Translations under genes and position numbers: made by a program
The notes under the pieces: model-generated
The model's database searches: none
The model's input: only the letters and a program-made list of their open reading frames with translations
Told to the model about the DNA's origin: nothing
Shown here: piece by piece, positions 1 through 10,846 of the stretch
How the letters are laid out: every line of letters begins with the position of its first letter
Numbering within the stretch: the first letter of the stretch is position 1
IMG/VR virus record: IMGVR_UViG_3300032164_000019
Location: 1 to 53,546 of that record
DNA: 53,546 nt
Reading direction: 5' to 3' (one strand)
From: a virus
Taxonomy: Duplodnaviria; Caudoviricetes

Positions 1-1056
<1,056 letters not shown>

Positions 1057-1057
1057 T

Positions 1058-1231
1058 TTATGGATTTTTAAAATCTGGTGCTGGACCTAAACCTACAGCT
1101 TTCCAAAATGGTTCCCAAAATTTATACCAACGTTCCCAAGATTTAACACGTTCGGTTGGAGGTTGATCTTCGATGATTAACCTAATTAATTTACAAACTT
1201 CAGATATAGCTAAGAATGCGGCATCTGTCAT
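1058..1231 (-). CDS. small hypothetical protein (57 aa)
   Basis: [57 protein letters not shown]; GGGA upstream; fills the gap between flanking genes. Confidence 0.65.
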   Translation of the reverse strand: MTDAAFLAISEVCKLIRLIIEDQPPTERVKSWERWYKFWEPFWKAVGLGPAPDFKNP

Positions 1232-1237
1232 AATTCC

Positions 1238-1549
1238 CTATTCTAGAAATCCCCAAATTTGAGCACTAACACCACTAGTATCACTTTGAACAAAAACGTA
1301 CATTAAAGATCCTAAAACAATACCCAATCGTTGAAGAGTATCTTTAGGTAAAATCGTAACATCATATTCTACCCATTCACTAGAAGCGGGTGTACCGGTT
1401 ATACTAAAAGCTAATCGTACTTTAACATTACCAATAGTCCTATTACAAAAATTTATAGAAAAACTTGCAGTTTTGCCTGTAGGAACTTGGTATAGTTCAA
1501 TACTTGTTCCAGTACTTGTGATATTTGTTGAGTTATAAAAAGCAGCCAT
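1238..1549 (-). CDS. small beta-rich virion/tail-fibre-associated protein
   Basis: 103-aa ORF (LYQVP..SINFCNR..EYDVTI) coupled to its neighbours in the structural operon. Confidence 0.6.
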   Translation of the reverse strand: MAAFYNSTNITSTGTSIELYQVPTGKTASFSINFCNRTIGNVKVRLAFSITGTPASSEWVEYDVTILPKDTLQRLGIVLGSLMYVFVQSDTSGVSAQIWGFLE

Positions 1550-1830
1550 TAGAATATATTCCTTAAACTTGCAAAATAATACGGTTTTAACTGTGATGCT
1601 TGGAGATCATATTGTCTAAAAACTTCCGCAATGAAAGCGGCAGAAGCCACATTAGTAAACTTATTGGTTGTTTCATCCCATACCATTAAATCACCATCAT
1701 TTACCGGATCTTCAAGAGCAAATAAATCACTTGCGATAGATATATTATTGGCTCTATCAGCAATAAGATTTGTTTTTTGACGCCAAACATCAAAAGTATC
1801 TGTAACTAAAACTGGTAATAGTACGGCCAT
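1549..1830 (-). CDS. short structural protein with fibre-type N-terminal motif
   Basis: Likely start is ATG 1830 (MAVLLPVLVTDTFDVWRQKTN); TDTFxxWRxKTN resembles N-termini of T4-like fibre proteins. Confidence 0.6.
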   Translation of the reverse strand: MAVLLPVLVTDTFDVWRQKTNLIADRANNISIASDLFALEDPVNDGDLMVWDETTNKFTNVASAAFIAEVFRQYDLQASQLKPYYFASLRNIF

Positions 1831-1831
1831 A

Positions 1832-2059
1832 TTAATATTTAGCTCCCCCAAATACCATAGTTTTATTTTCAATTAAACCTAATTTAGATTTAATTAATTC
1901 TAATTCTTGTTCCAGAGTATCTACCCTTTGTTTTAAACTTTTTGCCCGCTCACTATGTATTTTAGCTTGTTGAAAAGAACTAGAATCGGTATTAATTATC
2001 CCATGTGAACGCATATCACGGTGTAAATTACTCGATCCTTCAATTGGTATGGTCGTCAT
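1832..2059 (-). CDS. small coiled-coil hypothetical protein
   Basis: 75-aa ORF with ATGA overlap to the upstream gene. Confidence 0.65.
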   Translation of the reverse strand: MTTIPIEGSSNLHRDMRSHGIINTDSSSFQQAKIHSERAKSLKQRVDTLEQELELIKSKLGLIENKTMVFGGAKY

Positions 2060-2295
2060 GTTGGTGTATTCTGCCTATCATATGCGGTTAACTCATCATC
2101 CTTAGTATTATCATTACCCATCCGTTTTACAAGATCTTTTTGTCTTTTATTCTTATCCACCACTATTCGTTTATCTCTTATGATAAACTTAGGAGAATTC
2201 TGCCGGAATGACGATGTATTATCATCGTTCCCATATTCTGCCATGGTGTCCGGAGCCGCCAGTTCTTCTAACACAAATTCTTTAAATCCTATCAT
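2056..2295 (-). CDS. hypothetical protein, possible internal head protein
   Basis: Likely start is ATG 2295 (MIGFKEFVLEE), resembling the T4 capsid-targeting sequence. Confidence 0.55.
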   Translation of the reverse strand: MIGFKEFVLEELAAPDTMAEYGNDDNTSSFRQNSPKFIIRDKRIVVDKNKRQKDLVKRMGNDNTKDDELTAYDRQNTPT

Positions 2296-2296
2296 A

Positions 2297-5200
2297 TTAT
2301 GTCCCCAATGCAATACCAACGAAGTCTGTTAATAAAGGTACTTGAGTAGGATCGGTTGATTTTAACACTATCTTAATGGAGAATGTAGTAAAATCTCCAA
2401 TTTGTTCTGCTGTATAATTATATTCCTTAAAATCATAAGGTGTTTGGGCCGATGCACTTTCACTTGTATCATCCAACGTCATTAAGGTATATCTTAATGT
2501 ATCGAATACCTCACTACTATCCGGTCTTAATACTCTATAATATACGTCAATGTCGGCAACAGACGGTTTCATAGCGGTAACATTAATTCTTAATGTATTT
2601 GCAGGATCTTTTAAAGTCAACCGTCTTGTAATGTATTTTGTTGCTGTATATCCACCGGTTGCGGCGGTTTCGGCTTTATAATGTGTTAATGGACTTAACG
2701 TAACTACTTTAGCACCCGTTTCGGCTAAACTAGTTTGGTTTGGATCAGTATGCTCTATGGCAACTTCTGTTCCAACAGGACCAGTAGCTCCCATAGTTAT
2801 AGAAGAATTCAAAACTTTAAAATAATATGGTCCGGTTGTAGCATTGGCACCTGCTCCAGTTCCAGCAACAGAAATATAGGTATCCGCTTCGAACACAGTT
2901 AAATCTGTACCAGTTTCACCAGCCAGAATCATATTCCAATTATTAGGACCAGTTGGTCCCACAAACGTAACGGCCACATCTACCAATTTATTTTCTAAAA
3001 AGTCATCAAATCCTTCAATATTTCTTGCTTGTGTAGGACTATCCACTCTATTACCAATCACCGTCGCCGCAATTCGTTGAGTATCTATTACAGGCGAAAT
3101 ATTATCCAAAGTTGTGGTTAATAATGCCTTTAAGATAAAAGATTTTTCATCAAAAGCATCTGTTCCAGATAACATATTTTCTTCATTAACAGGACTAGCA
3201 ATCAATCTAGGCTTTAAAAATGGTATATTTTCATTTACAACTATAGCCGAAAAATCATCATCTTTGTCATATATTGTTGCCGAACCATCAACTCCAACAC
3301 TTGATGTTGTTTTTATTCCCCAATCAATTTGTGTATTACTAAAAATCATATCCTGAACTAACAAATATAATAAATCCATTTGATGATTGTAAGACGCTAT
3401 AACACCATTAGGACCAACATCTCCACTAGATGAGGCGGCCGACGCGGTACTAACATCTATAATATATGAATCTAATTCCGCACTTTGGATCACATATTCA
3501 CCGTAAGCATATCCATCACTTAATATCACACCATCGGTAATTTTATTAGCATTAATTCCATTATATGTATTTCCAGAACCGCCATTAGCTATACATTCGG
3601 CTTCAGATAATCCGATTTTTACATAAGAACCAGTAGGCATCCCATGATCCGGATGTTTAACTCTAATCAACTTAGTACCTTTACTTGTAGTGAATGGCAA
3701 AGATCTTAATGTTTCTGTACCTAATACCGGATTAGTAAAATAAACGGTTGCACCAGTAGGATTTGTATCAAATACACATCTGTATATGGTAAATTTAATA
3801 TCTTCAAATTGTTCTGCTGTCCACGTACTAGCATTTTGTGATTTGAACATTGACCCGGCATATGGTTGTTGACTAATAATCCTATCGCTATTAATCATCT
3901 TTTCACCAAGACGACTAACAAATATTTCGTACATATTTGAATTGGATAAAACTACAAAAGCGTATTCGGCATTATTTTGTAAATATACCGGACTCGAAAA
4001 TTCAAATGTTGTAGCTGATGCCGCATCATCCGAAATATTAACAGCATCCGGTGTTAATGTTACTTCAGAGAAAGGAACAATCTTTTGTGAAGGGTATCCA
4101 TTTATTACTTCCCGTATTTGTACTGTGACGGGTATTGTTGGATCTTTTGTGTTGAAATAAAGATACATCTTACTTAAGAATACACCACCTGGTTTATCGG
4201 CAATTAAAAATGTTTGAGCAAGAGGATCTACCCACCGTATGATATCTACTGATTCAGAAATAGTTTCTAAATTTACGAATGACGTTCTTTCGTTTTGGCT
4301 AGTAATGATCCTAGAATCGGAAACAGAAACTCTTTCAAAACTAGGTTCTATTACTGAGGTGATAGTATTTTGTTTGCTCTCTAATACCCCAGATGCCACA
4401 TACATGGTATCAGCAAAACTTGTGGCATTCGGACTATTAAATTCATCGTCCGTTAATCTAAACAATTTGCGCCCAGTTTTAAATGCTATAGAACCGGATG
4501 ATTGAGGAATTAAAAACCAACCAGATAAACTACCAATACCGTCAGTTATTAATACTCGATTAGCCGATTGTAAATCTACTTCTGGGCCGGGTAATGCTGA
4601 ATTATTCGGAACCACAACATCAACCGGTTTACAATGATCTTTTACCGAAATTCCATCAAAATATGGATAAAATTTCGTATTAGGTTTTAATCTTTTTGCT
4701 TTAAATTTTATATAACGGCTACGGATATAAGGAACTATGCTCAAATTTACAATACGATTATCTACCACAGTTCTAACGACCTGAGGAACTGCGGTTGTTC
4801 TGATACCCAGTCTAGATTGTCTGGTAGATGTTGTAGCTACCGTCCTAGTAGCTTCCGTTACTGTGGTTCTAGTAGTATTTGTAATTTCGTCCAAACCTCT
4901 AACGGAAACCGTAACACTTCTAGGATCACTTCTACTTACTGTGGAACTTTCGGATACTCCACTCCAATCCGTTCGCCATTCATCCCATATAGTTCCGATA
5001 ACTCTATTTGCGCGATCTAAAAATACCACATTATCATAAGCTGAAGAATCGTTAATTAAAATATCAGGACGAACTTCGGTATCTTTCCATGTATCTGTAG
5101 CAGGATCTAATGTTACCGAACCCACCCAAGAATAAATAGCATATGGATTAACATTTTCTATACGTGAAGCGTATGGTTGTACTATAAATTCACCTTCAGT

Positions 5201-8200
5201 GTATTTACAAGTCAATAAAGTATTTTCAGGTTTAATGGTTTTATATTCGAAATTTGCACTGTTTAAAGTGTTAAATTCTAAACTTACCGAATCCGAAAAA
5301 TATGTTGGTCTAGCATATCCTTGAGCCGCATCGATAGCAACTTTATAATCGGAATTAAAAACATCTCCAATATTATGTCCGGTAAATGGATCTACAACAA
5401 ATCCATTTTTAAATCTATCTAACCCAGTTGAAGAATCTATAATTTTTAAATCCTTTGTTTCTTTTTCTAATAGATTTAAATTGGTATAATACTCAACATT
5501 TTCAATCCGTTTCTCTAATTTACCAATATCTCTCATTGTATAACGTTTATTTTCAACAAACTTAACCTTTAAATCTTTATCAGAAAATGTATAAGGATTT
5601 AATGTGATTACGTATAATAACATTCCATCTTTTGGATCTGCCGGTGCAGATGGTGAATTAGAACTCGTACCTTTAATTACTTTAAAATAGCCCTTGTAAT
5701 CAAGATAAATTTTATCTATTCTTGATAGGTAATAACTAAAATCGAACATTATATCCGCATTAGCTTTTAATGGATCACCAGATGAAGAATATGAAGTTCC
5801 GGCATCAACCATTCTAGGACGAAAATCAAAACAATCTCTTAGGTTATAAACTTGATTATTTGCTAAGGATGTATAATTTGGAATATTAGCATACCAAGTT
5901 GTAGTACTACCATTAAAATTAGTATATGAATTTACGGAGAAATAATCACCATTTGAGCTATGTGTAAAATATTCAAAAGTAATAGTAAATCCTGTCGCAT
6001 CTGTAGAATTAGGTTCGTCATCTTTTAAGGAAATACTTCCCAATCCATAATGAGTATCTCTTTGTCCATCATCTAATTTATAACGAGAGGTGATGTTGGC
6101 TACGTTAGACGTTTCAATAACACTTACCAATCTATAAATATCAGCTTTACCTAAGGAAACATATGTTGGATTCGGATCACCGCTATTTGTAACAACAACG
6201 CTCCCAGTTACTAATGTTTTTGATTTTTCTTCGGCTATCTGTTTTTGAACGGTAGCCGATAAACGTACTGCTCCAGCTTGTGTTGGAGTAAATGAAAATG
6301 TGGCATTTGCATTTGTAAATGCTGGAGAACATGAAGCTAAATCTTCAATAACATTAGATCCTGTTCCACCCGCAAAATTAGTTGCCATATAATCCGCATT
6401 ATTAAACGATGTAAAAACTTCATCCGCGTTCGCATTAAAAGCAATAGGACCAGTACCACCAGCGGTTGTTGTAAAATAACGTCTTATCGGATATGTTGTA
6501 GCCACCTCATCAGCAGATGTTCTAATACTTTTTACTATACTCTGAGGTAAAGGATAAATTAAAATATTACTCGCCGTTTCAAATAATTTTGTACGCTTAA
6601 CTATAATACCGGTATTAACTGTAGATACATTTACAGGTATATTTACAGGATTATTTACTTTTCCGGTAATTGGACGAGTTAACATCTTACTTGAACCGGA
6701 ACTCCAACTAACTACTTTTTCTTGACTTGTAGCATCAGTTAAAGTACCTTCTACTGCAAATGTACCAATTGGATTTCTTATTTGTAATTCGGATAAAATA
6801 TTTCCGGTACATCCTGGAGTTCCCGCAAAATAATATGAATGAGCATTATCTATAGTTTTTCCGGAATTAAACTGAACATCAAAAACATACATCTTATATA
6901 TTGGATATGTGGGTGTTGTTGCGCCATTTGTTATTGTTCCAGTATAATATTCCGTTTCTCTAAGTCTAGCCGAACCTATTAATGAACCCGCGCTATTACC
7001 ATTTGAAGTTATCGCACCATCATATAATAAAAGTTTTGGTAAATCATCAAATGGAGGAAGAGTAAATACTCTATCTACCAAAATATAATTACCCATCGAA
7101 CCTCTAGTAATGGCGTTTACTTCTTGGTGTGAATCTCTTGCTTTATCCACCGCAACATATTTTGTTACCAATGTCTCAATTTCATAGCCTTTTACGTAAG
7201 CTTTACTCGGCATTAAACCAAATGCAATTTTTGACTCATCTCCACCTTCTGCTTCAGTATAAACCCCATTATTAGATCCCGAATTAAAATGTTCTCTAAC
7301 ATTTAACCCAAATGGTCTAATGCTATAATCACCAGATTCATCGCTCGTCCGTCTAGCTAATGTATCTTCAATTATTGAATAATCGGTTTTATCTACAAAT
7401 AATTCTTTAATTCCGTCACGTAACCTCAATAATTCAACAAAAGTTGAATCATCTTCCGAATCAACATCCCGCATAGCTAATACTAATTCTATTTTATACC
7501 GATGAGCGCCAGGTGCAGCATAATTTGGTGATCCTGCGGCGTTATCATTTAATGTAGCATCATCTTCTGGTGTTACAAGGGTCTCAACAATTTCTAATCC
7601 AACTTTAACTGTAGGTGTATTATTATACTTTTCTAAAACTATAGATTGGCTATCTACACGAACCAAATAACCATTAATGTAATATACTCCCTGTTGGATA
7701 TTTGCGGCTGAAGCTTTTCCAGTAGCATCAGTCGCTACGGTTGTTGCTACGGTTATTCCATCTAAAATAATCCCCTCACCATTAGAAAAAGTTTTTGTAG
7801 TGTAATTTGTACCAGAACTCAAATACTTTACATATAATGTGGTAGGATCTGTTCCTATGGTCTCTATGACACGTAAAACTTGAGCTTCAACACCGCTTGT
7901 TGCTCCTATTATAATAATTTTTTCGCCAAGATTAATAATTGATTCTGGATTTAAAGCTTCTAAATATCCGTCACTTATACTACCGTATAACTTAACATAT
8001 TCATAACCAGGATCAAAAGTAATTTGTCCAGGAATAACCATAGCACCATTTTTGAATAAATGGTCGCTAACTCTCGATACTTGATTCTGTAATATTGCCG
8101 AAAGATTATTCAACTCTCTGGCTTGAACGGCAACACCCGGACGAAATAAAGGTTTATAAAATTTATTTACTTCGGAGAAATCATCAAAATACGGACTTAC

Positions 8201-8218
8201 ATTAAAATTAATTGGCAT
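2297..8218 (-). CDS. large virion structural protein, VrlC/DUF4815-like
   Basis: 1973 aa; N-terminal NVSPYFDDF...LFRPGVAVQARELN, APGAHRYKI, DPLAQTF and SMFKSQNASTW motifs, typical of this family in T4-like phages. Confidence 0.85.
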   Translation of the reverse strand: MPINFNVSPYFDDFSEVNKFYKPLFRPGVAVQARELNNLSAILQNQVSRVSDHLFKNGAMVIPGQITFDPGYEYVKLYGSISDGYLEALNPESIINLGEKIIIIGATSGVEAQVLRVIETIGTDPTTLYVKYLSSGTNYTTKTFSNGEGIILDGITVATTVATDATGKASAANIQQGVYYINGYLVRVDSQSIVLEKYNNTPTVKVGLEIVETLVTPEDDATLNDNAAGSPNYAAPGAHRYKIELVLAMRDVDSEDDSTFVELLRLRDGIKELFVDKTDYSIIEDTLARRTSDESGDYSIRPFGLNVREHFNSGSNNGVYTEAEGGDESKIAFGLMPSKAYVKGYEIETLVTKYVAVDKARDSHQEVNAITRGSMGNYILVDRVFTLPPFDDLPKLLLYDGAITSNGNSAGSLIGSARLRETEYYTGTITNGATTPTYPIYKMYVFDVQFNSGKTIDNAHSYYFAGTPGCTGNILSELQIRNPIGTFAVEGTLTDATSQEKVVSWSSGSSKMLTRPITGKVNNPVNIPVNVSTVNTGIIVKRTKLFETASNILIYPLPQSIVKSIRTSADEVATTYPIRRYFTTTAGGTGPIAFNANADEVFTSFNNADYMATNFAGGTGSNVIEDLASCSPAFTNANATFSFTPTQAGAVRLSATVQKQIAEEKSKTLVTGSVVVTNSGDPNPTYVSLGKADIYRLVSVIETSNVANITSRYKLDDGQRDTHYGLGSISLKDDEPNSTDATGFTITFEYFTHSSNGDYFSVNSYTNFNGSTTTWYANIPNYTSLANNQVYNLRDCFDFRPRMVDAGTSYSSSGDPLKANADIMFDFSYYLSRIDKIYLDYKGYFKVIKGTSSNSPSAPADPKDGMLLYVITLNPYTFSDKDLKVKFVENKRYTMRDIGKLEKRIENVEYYTNLNLLEKETKDLKIIDSSTGLDRFKNGFVVDPFTGHNIGDVFNSDYKVAIDAAQGYARPTYFSDSVSLEFNTLNSANFEYKTIKPENTLLTCKYTEGEFIVQPYASRIENVNPYAIYSWVGSVTLDPATDTWKDTEVRPDILINDSSAYDNVVFLDRANRVIGTIWDEWRTDWSGVSESSTVSRSDPRSVTVSVRGLDEITNTTRTTVTEATRTVATTSTRQSRLGIRTTAVPQVVRTVVDNRIVNLSIVPYIRSRYIKFKAKRLKPNTKFYPYFDGISVKDHCKPVDVVVPNNSALPGPEVDLQSANRVLITDGIGSLSGWFLIPQSSGSIAFKTGRKLFRLTDDEFNSPNATSFADTMYVASGVLESKQNTITSVIEPSFERVSVSDSRIITSQNERTSFVNLETISESVDIIRWVDPLAQTFLIADKPGGVFLSKMYLYFNTKDPTIPVTVQIREVINGYPSQKIVPFSEVTLTPDAVNISDDAASATTFEFSSPVYLQNNAEYAFVVLSNSNMYEIFVSRLGEKMINSDRIISQQPYAGSMFKSQNASTWTAEQFEDIKFTIYRCVFDTNPTGATVYFTNPVLGTETLRSLPFTTSKGTKLIRVKHPDHGMPTGSYVKIGLSEAECIANGGSGNTYNGINANKITDGVILSDGYAYGEYVIQSAELDSYIIDVSTASAASSSGDVGPNGVIASYNHQMDLLYLLVQDMIFSNTQIDWGIKTTSSVGVDGSATIYDKDDDFSAIVVNENIPFLKPRLIASPVNEENMLSGTDAFDEKSFILKALLTTTLDNISPVIDTQRIAATVIGNRVDSPTQARNIEGFDDFLENKLVDVAVTFVGPTGPNNWNMILAGETGTDLTVFEADTYISVAGTGAGANATTGPYYFKVLNSSITMGATGPVGTEVAIEHTDPNQTSLAETGAKVVTLSPLTHYKAETAATGGYTATKYITRRLTLKDPANTLRINVTAMKPSVADIDVYYRVLRPDSSEVFDTLRYTLMTLDDTSESASAQTPYDFKEYNYTAEQIGDFTTFSIKIVLKSTDPTQVPLLTDFVGIALGT

Positions 8219-8239
8219 TATTTGTATACCTACAGATGA

Positions 8240-8247
8240 TATTTATA
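8240..8247 (-). promoter_or_regulatory. T4-type late promoter TATAAATA
   Basis: Exact consensus 21 nt upstream of ATG 8218. Confidence 0.75.
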
Positions 8248-8264
8248 AAGGATAATATTAAAAT

Positions 8265-9068
8265 TCAACAACCAACCGCAACACATGTATTCCCATTTAA
8301 AATACTGCAAATAAAGCCTTTATGATGCGGTAGTCTTCCTTTAGCTACCGACGACATATTACCATTACTGAGAACATGAATACGACAAAACTTAGCCATG
8401 TTGGTAATATTTTCAGTATGGCCGTCTGGGAATGTTACCGAATAATTTTTTGTCCAGGATATTTTACCAATTCTATCCTCTGACATTCTTCGTTTTGTTT
8501 CTTCTTTCATTGGTTTACCTTTTAAAGCATTGATAAACCCATTAGCATATCGGTTAATAACCATATTTTGTAATTTTTTCTTGGTATCTTCGGAATGGAT
8601 TTTTCCTACTCTATATGTGTTACCTTTGTTGGCTACCGATATCTTCGTTTTCGTTTCATTCGTATGATGGCGACCAAACATGGGATTCAATTCACCAGAC
8701 CTTAGTTTACCTCGCCACCGATTATTTTGAGACATTTTCTGCCTCGTTTCGTGGGAACATTTCCACCCGCCCTTTGATCCTCCTGGTTTTGTATTGTAGC
8801 CGTTTTCTTGTGTGTTATATTCTTTGATAAATTGTGGTTCCAAAACATTTAACGCATAATTACCATCATAGGAAGTTGCTATCGCAACACACTTAAACCG
8901 TTCTACTCCATATTTACGAATAGCCGCATGTAGGCGATAATGAGAATTTCGTTTAGTTGCCGCGTATACATGCGTTGCCCAGCGATGCTCAAGAGTTTTT
9001 GAAGTAAAACCAATATAGTTTTTACCATTAACCAAATTAGTAATCTTGTAAATTATGAATTCGGCCAT
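8265..9068 (-). CDS. free-standing GIY-YIG homing endonuclease with NUMOD3-like repeats
   Basis: IIYKITNLVNGKNYIG...R...E...GYN catalytic domain; repeated HSxETKxK(I/M)S and NPMFG motifs. Confidence 0.9.
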   Translation of the reverse strand: MAEFIIYKITNLVNGKNYIGFTSKTLEHRWATHVYAATKRNSHYRLHAAIRKYGVERFKCVAIATSYDGNYALNVLEPQFIKEYNTQENGYNTKPGGSKGGWKCSHETRQKMSQNNRWRGKLRSGELNPMFGRHHTNETKTKISVANKGNTYRVGKIHSEDTKKKLQNMVINRYANGFINALKGKPMKEETKRRMSEDRIGKISWTKNYSVTFPDGHTENITNMAKFCRIHVLSNGNMSSVAKGRLPHHKGFICSILNGNTCVAVGC

Positions 9069-9080
9069 ATAATTAAATAC

Positions 9081-10832
9081 TCACATTTCTATTATACATT
9101 TTATGTCCTCTAGTTGATCCGACGCTCTGGTTATTGCACGTCTATTCTCAACATATAGGATATAACCACTATTTGGTTGTAAATCTGGAAAAACTATATT
9201 TCCTACAGAATATACGCTAGTATTATCCGGAATTATATCCCAATCAGGATGCACAATAGCTACTTTATCACCAGAAACTACCGAATTTGATACTATCCTT
9301 CGTTGTTGACCTTCTCCCGTTCCATCAACAATACGAATAGAATAACCAGCATATTCATTTACTCCAGCGGGATCCGAAAGACTTAAGATGATTTGATCGG
9401 AATTTCCACCTAAAGCCGTTCCATTAAAAATCTCAACTTTTCCCGTTTTTGAATCGCTTTCATTTTCAATAATTTCATCTGGCATAAATGTGCCGATAAC
9501 ATTAACTAATCGTAAAATATTAGTATCATTATCAAAATCTAAAACATCACCAATAGCCGAACTAGATGCTCCTATAATTACTTCATCCGTCTCGAAAGGA
9601 TCCCCACTATGTTCCGTTAAACATAAAGAATGGGTTTGTATATGTGTGGTGGCTGAAGCTATAACACTCGATCCATATAATTTAGGATTTAAAACAATTC
9701 CTATTTTTCTAAAATCATTCGTAACGTTAAATCCTCCTTCATTATAAGCAAATTGAACATCCATCAATACAAAATATCCACCTAATTCAGACACAGCATC
9801 GGAACCATGTCCATTTGGAGGAGGTATAACCGCTCTTAATTCCGATCCACCAGAAATAACACAAGTAGCTGTAGCGGTTCCGAAATCAAAAGATACTGTT
9901 GGTATATCAACATATTCACTTCCACCATCAGTTACAGTAACTAAAGTAACTACACCATTTAAAATAGTAGCGGTGGCTTTCGCGCCGGAGCCAGATCCAC
10001 CAGAAAAAATAACACCAGGAGCACTATTATATCCCGAACCACCATTTGTAATAATAACCGATGTAACTTCACCTTCCTGTGCCGTTACTACTGCATTAGT
10101 ATATGAAGCCCCTCTATCCGTAATCTGTAATGAAGTTATTACACCGTTTTTAATAGTTGCTTCTACTGTAGCATTTGAACCATTACCTGTAATTGTTATA
10201 TCTGGTGGAGTATTATATCCGTATCCACCATTTTCAATTAGAATGACATCTATAGAACCATCAACAGCAGATTGTTGAACATCAAATTGTTTGCTACCAT
10301 CCGAAACAATTAACGCTTTTACAGGAATCCAAAAATCGGTTAAAAATTTTTGTGCATCAGCAGAACCTACGGTAAACATAAATTTCCATTGATATTTGTC
10401 TACTGTAGTAATAATATTTGTTGAGGTTCCGGTCGGTTGCACAAATGATGGACCCCCATAGTTATTAGACAAACATTTATAAACACCCAAATCACTTGTG
10501 AAAACGTAAAATGGTTTTAATCCTAAAGTTGGATCAAATAAATCTATAGAATCATCATATGGTTGATAAACAACTCCCATTTTCCAATCATATCTAGGTA
10601 TTACCAAACTGCAATTCGATATGCTTAATCTTTTTAGGTGAAAAATTTCCGACCAATCATTAATGTGACTTAATACTGTATCTTTTGGAAAATCGGGAGC
10701 ATCTTCGTCATCCCAAGGTGAAGTTTTTCCAATGAAAAAATACACATTGTTATCGGTTAAGTTATCACCAATACCGGCTATAAATTTTTGAGCCGCGTAA
10801 ATTCGAAATTTGTTGGTTACTATAGCAGCCAT
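9081..10832 (-). CDS. baseplate wedge subunit, T4 gp8-like
   Basis: MAAIVTNKFR, VYKCLSN, YQWKFMF, PPNGHG, YVENRRAITRASDQLEDIK motifs; gene order 6-7-8. Confidence 0.85.
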   Translation of the reverse strand: MAAIVTNKFRIYAAQKFIAGIGDNLTDNNVYFFIGKTSPWDDEDAPDFPKDTVLSHINDWSEIFHLKRLSISNCSLVIPRYDWKMGVVYQPYDDSIDLFDPTLGLKPFYVFTSDLGVYKCLSNNYGGPSFVQPTGTSTNIITTVDKYQWKFMFTVGSADAQKFLTDFWIPVKALIVSDGSKQFDVQQSAVDGSIDVILIENGGYGYNTPPDITITGNGSNATVEATIKNGVITSLQITDRGASYTNAVVTAQEGEVTSVIITNGGSGYNSAPGVIFSGGSGSGAKATATILNGVVTLVTVTDGGSEYVDIPTVSFDFGTATATCVISGGSELRAVIPPPNGHGSDAVSELGGYFVLMDVQFAYNEGGFNVTNDFRKIGIVLNPKLYGSSVIASATTHIQTHSLCLTEHSGDPFETDEVIIGASSSAIGDVLDFDNDTNILRLVNVIGTFMPDEIIENESDSKTGKVEIFNGTALGGNSDQIILSLSDPAGVNEYAGYSIRIVDGTGEGQQRRIVSNSVVSGDKVAIVHPDWDIIPDNTSVYSVGNIVFPDLQPNSGYILYVENRRAITRASDQLEDIKCIIEM

Positions 10833-10838
10833 ATAATG

Positions 10839-10846
10839 TATTTATG
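10839..10846 (-). promoter_or_regulatory. late promoter CATAAATA, leaderless spacing
   Basis: 6 nt between motif and ATG 10832. Confidence 0.65.

Noticed and set aside
8265-9080. Intron around the GIY-YIG gene
   Set aside because: No group I core elements found and only 12 nt between the gp8 stop and the endonuclease start.
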